A stretch of 64,000 nucleotides of DNA from Ophelia neglecta (Eukaryota), in the NCBI GenBank assembly GCA_965285935.1, contig OZ260666.1:38936001-39000000 (forward strand), in the 5' to 3' direction. The position numbers and the translations under genes are program-made. The notes beneath the pieces were generated by a model. The model saw only the letters and a list, made by a program, of their open reading frames with translations, was not told the DNA's origin and did not search any database. Positions 52,128 through 64,000 of the stretch are shown here, one piece after another. The first letter of the stretch is position 1; each line of letters starts with the position of its first letter.

Positions 52128-55100
52128 TTATACAAAGTAGTTGGCCAGCTGAGTCATTTTGTCTTTGGGTTTTCCTCGTCCCCTGCCTCTCCCTCTGCCT
52201 CCCCTCCCCCCTCGGCCACCACCCCTCCCTCCTCCCCTGCCTCGGGACCCTCCCCGGGGTTTGTTCACAGCATGCTTCATCTTCACCAGATTCTTGAGCT
52301 GTGGGTCACAGAACACACAGCCACTGTGTTCCATCTGCTCATTCTCAAGGGGGGTCTTGTTCTAATCAAATTAAATAGATAAACACCACATTAACATGTA
52401 TTCTTCTACTAGTAAAATAAGTTAATTACAATCAGCCTTGAGCTGCTTATTGTTATTAAAGTAATTCAAGTGTAATGCCACAATTGGGCCTACCTTAAAC
52501 TGGACCTCCAGTAGAGCGGACTGACACTCGTCACATGAGTCCTCCGAGATGCTCACCTTGTGAGCGTTCTCAAACAGTGTGATCATCACATTACATCTGG
52601 ACAAAAACAAAACATCATAGAATGTCCTTGGAAAACATCTGAAAATATCTTGAACAACAATCAGAACATCTGTCTGTAGTATAACTAGTTATGTTGCCCA
52701 TGTCTCTAGTAGAAGTATTAGAGTTGAGATTCTAGACTTACTTATTACAGGCGACTTTCCACTTGGGTCCGGAGAGGGGGTCGAGGACCAGGATTCCATT
52801 CTCACACTCCACACAGTTGCTGAGGCCGTTCTTGGCCACTGCATGTGTACAGGTGGGGTGGGTACACTCGTTACAGCCCATACCTTTCCGCATGTCTTTA
52901 AATGGGGAGTGGTTGTAACAATATGGACACAGCGGGTAGCCCTGCAGGAAAATAGTTTAATAGTGATAAAGGGACATGTATTGCCAAGTCTCGGCAAAAT
53001 AAGACTTACACCAAGGAGGTAGAAAATGACTATATTTGTAAATTATGTCCATTTCGAGTCTCCAAGATTTGACTTCCAAATGTTTTGATGAGCCCTGAAA
53101 GTTCAATACTATTGAAAAGCACCATCAATAATTTAACAAATAGATTTTGTTCCTCTCTTAATCAATTGTTTATCAGTCTGGCACTTAATATCAGTGTTGG
53201 TAGGCTACCTTTGTTTGGTATACACCTACCTTTCCTTTCAGTCCTCCTGTCCAGTAGACCATCTCAAAGTCATCCAGTGGACACTTGAGCTCCCTGTACA
53301 GTTTTATATTACCATTCTGTGGCAGGTTGTAAGTCTCATCACAAGTCGAGCAGTGCAGGCGAGATGGCTTGGCCTCCACAAACTTCATGTACCGGCGACA
53401 TTTACCACACCTGTTAAACACAGTAATCATTTGATGAATCAAACTCTATAGGCCCTTGCAGCTAAGGGATCTTTATTCATTATTATTAACCTGGGGTATT
53501 GTTATATGCTGGATATTTGTTGGCTTAATTAAAAATAAGACATCCATACACACACTTTGTTATAGAGTGATAGTTTTAAAATACTGACCTAGAAAGTGGC
53601 CTGCCACTTGCAGCTAAGGGGGAGAAAGACACCTCAAATAACTCATCCATCAGCATTATGTTGATGACAAAGTACTTGAACTTTCTACTGAAGATGTCCA
53701 GAGCGTGTGAGAGCACTGCCTCAAAGTTGGCATTACCCTGGGCGATAAGGTTGAGCTGGTCTTCTATGGCTGCCCTCATAGTGGGTTTAACCAAGTCCAC
53801 ATCAATCTGTTATATTATGAAATCAGAATGACCAATTTTGGTATAATTGAACCAATTAATTAAGAAAATATGTTCAGATTAAAATGCATGGAAAATGTTA
53901 TCATATGTTACAACAACCAGCAGACTAAAGAAAAACCAGGGATTTTTCGTATTTCGCCAGCCAAATGCTTTTTGCACCTGATCAATCAACTTGCTAACCT
54001 TCTGATAGCCATGGACGAGGACCACTCCAAGAGTGGTTGGTTTAAGTTTACGTCCAGCTATCACAGTGACATAATTCCTCTCAGAGATGTTGTTGATGTG
54101 GACTGGGATGCTGGCGTCCGTCCCGATGCCGTGTTTTTCCATCAGGCTGATGAGCTCGGACTCTGTCAGGTAGTCTGGGGCACTAGTCAGTCTCTCAGCT
54201 AACTTCACCTATAAACAGAGGACACAATCGTCAAGAGATATAATGCTTTGAAATAATAAATGCATTAATTATGACCAAGAATAATTGCTAAAATAGTCTT
54301 TTCTTTAAAAAAAAATACCATTATATCATCTGAGAAATTACTATACTTTTAAATAGGTATTGAGCTTTGACGGTTTGCTTAATATTAAATTCTCACCCAC
54401 CTCATTAACTCCACATATTTCTCCTTTCTTGAAGGCTGGCATGTTTTCGTCCTGTGTGATGGCCTGCCATGTGTACACATTAGTGTAGCCTGGGTGTATC
54501 AGAGTCTTTCCAGTACAAGTAAAACTCTCAGCACCAATCTCAAAATACGCCGTTGTTTGTAGATACCGGCAATCTGGACTGAGCTGCAAATAACATCCAC
54601 ACTCTGTAATACACACTAGAATTATATGTTCTTAGAGACTTATTTTTGTAAACCGTAATAATTTAATCTGGGGGAGCACATATCTTTATATCTATATGAA
54701 CAAATTGTTGAACATATCTCCCATGGGTATACATTATGACAGAAGCATACAACACATTTAGTAGTTATAAACAGAAGAGGGACACTCAGGTAGGAGACGC
54801 ACTGTAGCTATGAAGTGGCGTGTGATGAACTCGTAGAGTCTGTAGGCCTCTCCCCCCAGCTCCGACTCCGTGGCTGCCCTCATTGGGGTGATAGGGGGAT
54901 GGTCTCCTACATCAGTACCTTTCCTAGGGGTTCAAACAATCTTTATAACTTTGATTCTAATTTGACTGATTTATTAATTCTTTAAAAGTAACCGACTACT
55001 TGAAGTTCACTACTGATATATTCCAGTCATAATTCTCTAAAATACATAGATTAATACAGTGTACATCTTTATGACAAGATAGTTTAATAGCTGGGTACAG

Positions 55101-58100
55101 GTTCAGGGTTCTTGAACATACTTTGGTTTTTGCATTCCGGCTTTTAACAGTTCTCTTACTTCAGCTCCCCAGTCCGAGTTACTGGCCTGAGCTTGGAGAG
55201 GGCCTCTGTAAACAAGTCAATATCAAAATTACTTGTAGGTCATGATGTCAAATAGCCTGGTTTCAATATAAACATGTAAATAAAGTAATTACGTATATTA
55301 ATATATGTCTCCAGCAATGATTATAAAATATGCCCATAGCTTCATCAAAGCTAACTGTCCCAGTTTCTGAGAATAATGGTGACTTGGCTTATAACAGTTG
55401 GTCTACTTTTTAAGACATGTTGCAGTCAAGTGGTTTGGGGTCCAGCCTTTACTTACTTGAGATCAAAGTTCTCTGGGTAGCTGGAGGTTTCTGTCCTGGG
55501 GTAGCTGATATAACCTTGTGTATACAATCTCTCAGCAATCTGCATTGCATGGTGGGGACTTATACCTATCATAGATAATGAAAGTGAATGAATTTTAGGT
55601 GTGAAACTATAGATGTGATTGTCTGAATCTTACAGCCAAATTCATTGTATTGTTTGTAAATGGTGTAGTGCTGTACAGAAGTTTTGATGACATGAAATTG
55701 TAACTCAGGATCAGGTTGATTGTATTATTAATGCAGACCTAATCCTGAACTGCAGGCTTTCAACATCTCTACGGTGTTCAGTGCCATTGGCCGGGCTTTA
55801 GTCTTCTCCTTCTGAACTACATTCACAATCCTATCAAACAGAAAATGCTGATTTTTTTACCAAGATATAATGCATTTAGTTGCCAAAACATGATATATTT
55901 AAAGTCTCAATTATCGGTCTCAACATGAGACACAATTAATGAACTAACGTTATTGTAGTAAATACAATATATTGTAACAGTCAGTGAACATACAGAGGAG
56001 TAGGATATGTCATCATTACAAACTCAGTACCTGGCTTTGTCATTTCCTTTCACAGTGTTTAAAAACATCTGTGCTACTTCCCGGTCAAACAGACGGACGC
56101 GATCCCAGTCCAGGTTCAGTGTCTTGCCTCCAGGGTGTGTCACCTGATAAGAACATGATTATTATTATTAGTTTTTCATGCTTTGACACTGGATAATCAT
56201 AAATAATGTGCAATCTGATACCAGGAATTATAGTAAATGACCCATTATCACAATTTTATTCTTGTAGACTCACCTGTACTTGCAGCACCCAATATGTCTC
56301 TGGTTTAAATGACTGAATTTTGTCATGTCTCTCTACACAGAAGCCCAATGTGGGGGTCTGACATGGTCCGTAAGAGATCAGAGTACTGTCCAGGTCACCA
56401 TATTTACCCTGAATGCATTAATCAAACACATTAATTTTACTTTCTATCACCACAATATGAAACATACTGCATAGAACAAAATTCTTGCCACGAATTAAGA
56501 ATACCCTTGTGAATAGAAACATATTGAAATAAACTTTTACCTGAAAGAATTTGGTTTGGTATCTTGTAAATGCACATCCTATTCTGAGATCTAACTCTTG
56601 TCTGGCATCAACAGACAAGGATTCATTCTTATTTGGGGTAATCAATGAGCCAAAGGCTCTCTTAACATCAGTGTCTGTGATAGAACTGAACTTGGCTCGA
56701 AATATAGTCTGAAATTGAACACAAAATGATAATGTTAATTTAAGAGGGATCTCTAAATGCAATAGTCAGTGTCTTAGGTCTTTACCTACTTAACATGTCT
56801 GCCAAACAATGCAAGATGTTGAAGTCTGAAAAAACTTTGAGACTTTTAGTATAAAACGTAACTAAATCTTGTGTATGACTGATCCAATATGAATTAAAAA
56901 CACATTCATTTGCTCAAATTTGTGTACATGTATTACTAATTTGATGGTACACTAACATGTGTACATTTTACAAATGATAATCATCGTTTGACACTCACCT
57001 GTTCATTGCCCCTTGGTCTGTTCATCACAGGCCGTATGCAGTCTAACACTTCAAAACAAATATTTTCACCTTCTTTGTCACAATCAAGCCACAGTATAAC
57101 ATAGTCACACCCTCTGGCCTGGAATGCAAATCACTAAATAACAAAAACTATGAAAATTAAAGAATAATTCAAATAACAATAGCCATTGATACAAATGTAC
57201 TATTCCTTGTTACAGTAGAATTTTGACAGTTTTTTTTAAACAGAAATGGTATATGTATGTGACATACTTACCTCCTTCTCCAAAAAGCTTGGCATATGTA
57301 AGTTGGTAGATGCTTCTTTCTTTTGAGTAGGAGCAGTGAAAAGTTCAGCCTGAAGAGAATATTTGAATAAGAGTTGGAATGTTTTCTTTCAAAACAAGCA
57401 ATAAAAAACAGGCAAAACAGGCTAAAAGGTAAAACCTAATTATATGTAATTTATGCAGCTTGCAAACTTGGATTCCATGGTTCTTATTCAAAATCATCAA
57501 AATAGCAGCTATATTACCATCAATTGCTAGGTGGCATGGATCGTATTGTGTTAAGTTGAGGGAAAGGCCTTTATTAATTAAAATTTGGTCTAAACATACT
57601 ATATAGCACATACCGAACATGATAAAGGGGTTATTTCACAAAATTAATAGTTTTTAGGGGTTATTCCGGGTTATTTCGATATTTCAAAGGTTATTGCGTT
57701 GTTTCGCCAGACCGCCTCAGGGGCACACAGGGCCCAGCGATGTACTCCAATACATGGCTAGGGCAGCTATCCTCTGTGGTAACGTATATCTTTAAATAGA
57801 GTACATTTTTCATAATGATGCTATCCAATATATCCCTTGTTCAAAAGGCCCCCCTTTATAATACAAAAAGTTGTTCCCATACATCAAAAAACAGAAAAGG
57901 GTAAGTTTTTGAAAAGGAAATGCACTCCGCACAGAACAGAGTGAGAAAAAGCATGTTTTTTGATCCGGCAACTTAACAGCTTAAGTCTTCTTGTCCGATG
58001 TGTGGCAGTCTTCAATGCCATCAAGTTGGCAGCTGGTATTATTTCATTTGTTTTGGAACCCGTAGTATTCAAAGACGCATACTATCTATGTTTTAATGTT

Positions 58101-58559
58101 TAACATCTTTTACCGGCTGGTGTTCTTGTATCCCAAAATTAGGGTATGTAATTTCAACATTTAAATCCTGCTATGGGTAGGATTTTTCATGTTCACACTT
58201 TAGCTTGGGACCCCATTTGAGATTTGACTGCCCCCCCCCCCCCCCTCCGTGTATAAAAAATACTTTATGATTTTAATGTGCGGGAGGGGTATTTTATTGA
58301 CAGCGGCATAAATACTTACAGGGTCTACTTTATCCCAGTTGTTGTATTTGCCTATAAAATCTAGATTCATGACATGACCGCATACTGATGTAAATTTGAA
58401 ACGAACAGTTTCGCTTGTAGCAGGAAAGCGACCGGTGAATTCATGAATGGAACAAGCACCATTTGAGCCTTTCCTAGACGAAAGTTGGCCATTGGACAAG
58501 ATTTTTGCTAGTGACTGCGCTAGCGACGGCTTCTCCGCAATCATAAATGCCGACTTCAT
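52128..58559 (-). CDS. TOP3B: DNA topoisomerase 3-beta (type IA DNA/RNA topoisomerase), complete multi-exon CDS
   Basis: Exons (minus): 58559-58320, 57349-57272, 57118-56999, 56708-56541, 56408-56274, 56143-56031, 55830-55739, 55565-55457, 55205-55122, 54923-54803, 54583-54401, 54208-53999, 53806-53589, 53410-53230, 52941-52742, 52596-52494, 52361-52128. Motifs: [63 protein letters not shown], catalytic [10 protein letters not shown] (Tyr codon 55501-55503), [23 protein letters not shown] zinc-ribbon repeats, RGG box and C-terminal [10 protein letters not shown], which is characteristic of TOP3B rather than TOP3A. Confidence 0.97.
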
Positions 58560-58697
58560 TGTAAGATTATCATTAATATCCTTAAATAATCTTGAAAATA
58601 AAAATATTTTGGTCTTCGTTAGCCCTTTGCTAACTGTACCGGAAGTGTGGATATTATGATTCTAGAGCCAAACGAGCAACTGCAGTACACTTAATCG
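58560..58697. promoter_or_regulatory. TOP3B-proximal half of a putative bidirectional TOP3B/MCM9 promoter
   Basis: Lies between the TOP3B ATG and the transposon. Consensus ETS/GABP site CCGGAAGT at 58639-58646, a motif typical of head-to-head housekeeping promoters. Confidence 0.5.
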
Positions 58698-60707
58698 GGT
58701 AGAACCTAAACCCCGGAGGTAATTCGGCGGAGCTATGCACTTACATGTATAAGCTCCGCCGGCCGCGGAGCTATGCACTTACATGTATAAGCACGATCTC
58801 GCGGAGCTATGCACTTACATGTATAAGGATTTTGAAAGCGCGGAGGTCGCGGAGGTAGACTTGAAAACACATATGCCGGAATTTTAAGCAAATTTTTACT
58901 TCTTTGCGGGTTCAGCTTTTGGATTTTTTTTGCATGCCTGATAAATTTATAATTAACATATAACATTTCAGAATAAAAACGGCTCCCTAGTAAACTTTAA
59001 GCAGCCAATGAGCCGTTATATTACAAAGGTCGCAAAACGTCAGAGACACCATATTATTGACAGCCGGCTGACGTAGATGTGCCAGTGTTTTTATGGTTTC
59101 TTGTGTCTATTCGTTTATATTTTTTTATGTATGCCATTGAAATGGACGTAATGGTATACCATTTAATTGTGCATTATAGTATGCCATTAAATTGTGCTTT
59201 AACCAAAGTTTGATTGATCCTTGTTTCATTCAGTTTTAAACCACAGTATAAGGTCCTCATGTACATCAATTGTATGGGATTATATGCAAGTGGCTAATGA
59301 CTTTAAGTGCTTTACACTTGTCCTCTATTATTTGTTTATAAGTAACTTATGGATTGAACGTATGATGTGTCATCTAGATGTTTTGTGCCAGAATGATCAT
59401 AATAATATATTTATTTTGAAAATGAAACTTAAATATGCATGCAGTTTAATGTCGATGTGGAAAACCTTCCCTGTCAAAAAAGGTCCATATATAGATTGGA
59501 AGTTATAAATAATGCCATTAATTGATTCGTGAGAGTATAAAGTTCAGGGTTCATTCATTGGTGGATTATTGTTTTAACACATTAAACTGTGTCACAAACT
59601 AAGAGGCAATTGAGCAATTGGGTGTGTTTGCCAATTATTCCTTAGAAGCACCAACACCTTTTATTATTATTAATCTTTATTCCTCCAATGAAAGGAGAGT
59701 ACAAGTAATCGAGAAAAAATACGAATTATTTAATAATGCAAGGGAATTATTTAAATCAAATAATAATGTGAAAATATAATATGTATATTTTAGGAACAAA
59801 AAATATGCTAATGAAAGAAACAAAACTCTTTGTGCTATATAAACATTCTACAAAATTACAATATGTTTATGACAGTTTTGGTTTTTGTTGCTTCATATTT
59901 CTAGAAAAAAAACTGTTTGGACTGTGAGACCCATTGGATTATTTGCCACACATAGATAGAAATGTTAGGACAAGGAAAAATGTCTTCCTAAATGGGTACC
60001 TCCTAAATGTCTTCCTAAATGATAGAGGATACAAGGGGTAAAATATTGTTTTGAACTTCTGTGTTTATTTTTCTATTTTCTAGAAGGAAAAATCCAACAC
60101 ATTTTCTTTCCAATGATACATATAGATATCTATATGTTTAATATCGAAATATATGTTCGGTGTGGTTTGAAACTGAATGAAACAAGGATCAATCAAACTT
60201 TGGTTAAAGCACAATTCAATGGCATACTATAATACATAATTAAATGGTATACCATTACGTCCATTTCAATGGCATACACAAAAAAAATTATAAACGAATA
60301 GGCACAAGAAACCATAAAAACACTGGCACATCTACGTCAGCCGGCTGTCAATAATATGGTGTCTCTGACGTTTTGCGACCTTTGTAATATAACGCCTCAT
60401 TGGCTGCTTAAAGTTTACTAGGGAGCCGTTTTATTCTGAAATGTTATGTTAATTATAAATTTATCAGGCATGCAAAAAGAATCCAAAAGCTGAACCCGCA
60501 AAGAAGTAAAAATTTGCTTAAAATCCCGGCATATGTGTTTTCAAGTCTACCTCCGCGACCTCCGCGCTTTCAAAATCCTTATACATGTAAGTGCATAGCT
60601 CCGCGAGATCGTGCTTATACATGTAAGTGCATAGCTCCGCGGCCGGCGGAGCTAATACATGTAAGTGCATAGCTCCGCCGAATTACCTCCGCGGTTTAGG
60701 TTCTACC
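58698..60707. mobile_element. Non-autonomous foldback/Mutator-like (MULE) DNA transposon with very long TIRs
   Basis: Left arm 58698-59245 is the reverse complement of right arm 60161-60707 (about 13 differences counted by eye). Termini GGTAGAACC...GGTTCTACC. Direct repeat ACTTAATCG at 58689-58697 and 60708-60716 (alternatively read as 11 bp CACTTAATCGG). Three subterminal copies of CGGAGCTATGCACTTACATGTATAAG per arm; ~915-bp AT-rich non-coding centre. Confidence 0.92.
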
Positions 60708-60911
60708 ACTTAATCGGAAGGCAATAAAATAGTCGTGTCAGGATGTGACGAACAAGGCGGGAAGTGACAAAATTGTCAGAACGCTCACAATGCTGTAGAA
60801 ATATCGTTTGCAATGTTTCGCGAACTAAGTAATTATTAATGACAGTTGCAAAAAATATGCTACACAAATACAGTTGATCTGAACGGTGGTTTATAGCTAC
60901 AAAACTAAAAG
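60708..60911. promoter_or_regulatory. MCM9-proximal half of the putative bidirectional promoter
   Basis: CpG-retaining segment with E2F-like GGCGGGAA (60756-60763, overlapping GGAAGT) and TTTCGCG (60816-60822) upstream of the predicted MCM9 ATG. Confidence 0.45.
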
Positions 60912-62690
60912 ATGGACCTCACTGAAAGTTTCCAAATTAGAGCTACCCAAAAAACTGAAAACGACAAAATTACAGGTAGGCCTAAATTAAAAGATATTAA
61001 ACTGGTAAACATGCATTAAGTATGAATATTTTAATATCTTTCATGGTCAAGGGTGGGGGGTGGGGGGATCTTGGGCTTGTCGTTCACGCTTAATAAGCGA
61101 CTCCTCTCCTCTCTCCCCCATTTATTTAGGTATCAGGACGTTCCGTCCCCAAACCAGTCCGGCCCCTAGTCGATCCGGCCCCATAACCTTAGTCGATCCG
61201 TCCCCACTCCCTTAGTCGACCCGGCCCCTGACGTTTTACATATTAATTGCATTTAGCATTATTAACGCCTAAGAAAGATGTGCTCGCTGCCATGTTTGAC
61301 ACTTGTCATGTCCTACCTGCTCATCAACCTAGGCAAGTGCAATCTATTGATGGTCCCAAAACGACCCCAAAGTGATACATGTAATTAATCTTTAGAATGG
61401 TAAACACCGAAACCGACCAAAACCGAGAAGAAACACCGAAACCCTCTGAAACTGGGGCCAATCTGGTAGTTATTTGGTTGAATTGCTTATGGACGTGGGT
61501 AATATTTGTAGACGAACAATTTCCGAGGCGCTTGGCACGCCTGTTTTCATTTTAGTATGCCAAAAAACAAATTTACGATGTAATGTGCGGAAAACAGGCT
61601 GTATCTACAGTAATATACACTATACACTGAAGTGTTCGTAGGCTGATAGACGGGCCAGTTCAACTAAGGAAGAGGGGACGAATCAACCAAGGTAGTGGGG
61701 ACGGACCGACTAGGGGCCGAAGAGGTTTGGGGACGGAACATCTAGAAAGCTTTATTTAGGGGGGGGGGGGGTATTATTATTTAATTATTGCCATAGAGCG
61801 TGGGGGGGTATTTATTTACTTGGGGGGGTTTCAGTGTAAATTTTAATACATGTACCTTCATTCCTTGGACCTTGCCCATCCTATAACCCAAGACTCCTAA
61901 CCCATCCTCTTTACCACGTTAAATTCAAATTGGCCCTTGATCAATTAACTCTATCAACACTACCACCCTCTACTGAAGGTAGATATCCCTTTAGTTACAG
62001 ATTTTCAGAGTTGAAAGGGTTAATGATACCCATGCTTATTTGCACATCCTTAAAATGTAGCATAAAAACTGTATGGGTGTTCCATTTGATTTATCACTAA
62101 ACAGGTAGTTTGGATTGGGGACTGTTTGTTTATATTTACCCCCCCCCCCCAACACGTCCCCTACCTCCCCCCCTGTGGTGGAAATCTTTCCTACACCTTC
62201 TTTTTTCCAGTATGCAGCTAGTTTGATAATTGTTGAATAATAAATGAACAACCCCTAAGTGATAGGGGGCTACATATCATATTTATAACCTAATATTTTA
62301 CTTGTAGAAGATTTAGAAAGTTATGTGTTAGAAAACCACCGCATAGATCTACTTGGAATTCTAGAGGAGGAAGACTTAGGTGAACATCATGCAGTTGTTA
62401 TAAAGTAAGGGAAAAACTTCCATTTGGAAATATCTGACTTTTAAAGGTATTATCATCTTTATGCTTCTAGATTAATTATTTTGCATACCAGAATATACTT
62501 TCAAAATAAGTGAAATAGCCATACTTTGGTATAAAATTCCAGTGCCTTAAACCTCCTTGAAAGTAATGTCATCCTTGGAGATTCACTGCTGTCCAATCCT
62601 CGGAAGGTACTTCCCCTGTTTGATACTGCCTTGAGAAGAGCTCAGAAAGTTGTTTTGGACAGCATTCCTGCCCAGGAGAAGAATGACTTG
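60912..62690 (+). CDS. MCM9: DNA helicase MCM9, first three coding exons (3'-partial; the gene continues beyond the window)
   Basis: Not in the ORF track. Exons 60912-60975, 62308-62404 and 62543-62690 join in phase to give MDLTESFQIRATQKTENDKITEDLESYVLENHRIDLLGILEEEDLGEHHAVVINALNLLESNVILGDSLLSNPRKVLPLFDTALRRAQKVVLDSIPAQEKNDL. This aligns with the recalled MCM9 N-terminus ([44 protein letters not shown]). The first exon is the least certain. Confidence 0.85.
61129..61750. mobile_element. MITE / non-autonomous TIR element in MCM9 intron 1
   Basis: Imperfect ~100-bp inverted ends (GGTATCAGGACGTTCCGTCCCCAAACC... / ...GGTTTGGGGACGGAACATCTAGAAAGC) with subterminal TAGTCGATCCGGCCCC repeats. Flanking direct repeat TTTATTTA at 61121-61128 and 61751-61758. 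Superfamily uncertain. Confidence 0.85.
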
Positions 62691-63699
62691 GTAGGGAAAA
62701 TCATGATTATATAGTTCAGTATGAACCTATATAAAGAATGGCCATTAGACATTCAATCACTTGGAGGCTGTCTAGATATGTGGTTGTTCTGTTAATGATC
62801 TAGTAAAGAAATTTCAAATGGTCATCCTGGCCCATCCATTTGACATTTCTAAGGACTAATATTTACTATATAAACTCAAACTTTGGGGATAATATTCATT
62901 AGAAACACAATTTTTATAATAGAAATATATCTATTATATATTGTCCAATTGTTTACGATTTTTCTCGGCCGCTGCCGGACGGTTCGCCCCCAACTTTTGG
63001 CGACGCCTTTCTGTCCGCTCCAATCGTGGAATTTTTTATTTCGGACCAGTTCGGTGCGATGTAAACCTTCGAACCGTGCGCGTTTGCCTTTTAGCTCGCC
63101 TCTGTCGTCTGCCGATCGCCGCCATTTTACCCGGTTGAGGTGGACACTACCCTTCGCAGCAGGTGCCAATGCTTATCGCATCTAGCTTCTCCGCATCACC
63201 GCTACAGGCGAAGAGAACAGAGCTGTGTGCACTGCTACGAAAGGAAGGTGGACACCCGACCATGCAGTCTCGATACGAGCGACTCGCAGCTTTGAATATT
63301 CATACGCCACATTCAGCTGTGTATTTCTTGGGAAAGGAGGCCGATTTGATGATTAATATATTGTCGGATACTTGCTGCATGAGTCGATTTGTTTGTTTAT
63401 TAGAATGTTTTCGACATCACCAAAACCATCTGACAAAATAGACAGTTTGTACTACTTTTTTCCAGTCTACGGTTCACTGAGTTTGTATAACTGCGCTGGA
63501 TTCCTTTATAGCTTGACCCGATCTATTTTCATTCCCACGCGTGTTATTGTTTGTATATATAAGGACAGCGATGGCTATATGTACATATGCCCAGTGGACA
63601 ACCTTGCACTCAGAATATATGCAAAAATTGAGGTATTATTGGCAAATTAATGTGCTGGTAACAAACTATTGCAAACGCCAGATGTTTTGGGATATCATT

Positions 63700-63850
63700 G
63701 ACAGCAAAAATTTCGGGAAACGTCATGAATTAGCTGTGACATACTAAACTATTATGACAGGTTTCTTTACAAATATTGACTAAAGGAAAAGTGACGAATT
63801 AGCTGTGATATAATAAACTATTATGACAGGCTTCTTTACAAGTGTTGACA
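63700..63850. repeat. ~69-bp tandem duplication
   Basis: GAATTAGCTGTGA..TAAACTATTATGACAGG.TTCTTTACAA..TTGAC at 63727 and 63796. Confidence 0.85.
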
Positions 63851-64000
63851 CCTGTCAAATCAAATTTGTATGCTACATTGTTACTTTCATTTTAACACGG
63901 CAAGTAAACAACATGGGAGGTTGGTGCCAGTTAATCATTAAGTCGTCTTAGCTATGACCCAATTCGAAATGTGATATTCAACACCTCAGAACAAAGCCTA

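Noticed and set aside
52116-52382. Pro/Ser-rich plus-strand ORFs
   Set aside because: They are antisense shadows of the TOP3B RGG-box exon.
59221-59508. 95-aa ORF inside the foldback element as a transposase or captured gene
   Set aside because: AT-rich, with no DDE/MULE or other recognisable motif and a non-ATG start.
62876-63441. Overlapping Arg-rich ORFs on both strands
   Set aside because: Expected in GC/CpG-rich sequence; there are no recognisable domains or MCM9 similarity.
1-64000. tRNA, rRNA or other structured ncRNA genes; prokaryotic defence or operon systems
   Set aside because: None were recognisable by eye, and the window is spliceosomal-intron-rich animal DNA. A covariance-model scan (Infernal/Rfam, tRNAscan-SE) would be needed to exclude intronic snoRNAs or miRNAs.

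Overview
Animal (invertebrate, probably mollusc/lophotrochozoan-like) genomic DNA, AT-rich and intron-dense. It is not prokaryotic, so most short ORFs in the track are exon fragments or noise. Three spliced genes were reconstructed by eye. (1) On +, an SBF1/SBF2 (MTMR5/13) myotubularin pseudophosphatase with DENN, GRAM, dead phosphatase, C1 and PH domains, from exon 2 at 11628 to the stop at 47888; exon 1 lies upstream of the window. (2) On -, a complete DNA topoisomerase III beta (TOP3B) at 58559-52128, convergent with SBF. (3) On +, the first three coding exons of MCM9 from 60912, divergent from TOP3B. The most striking structure is a young ~2.0-kb foldback/Mutator-like element with ~548-bp terminal inverted repeats and a 9-bp target duplication. 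It sits in the middle of what would otherwise be a ~330-bp TOP3B/MCM9 head-to-head promoter. Other notable items are a duplicated paralogous SBF exon in a run of phase-1 cassette exons, tandem repeats made from SBF splice junctions, a 42-bp minisatellite with a palindromic core, a perfect 65-bp palindrome, several MITEs and an excess of TACATGTA octamers. I do not see a wholly new biological system. Splice predictions and family assignments are unaided inferences.
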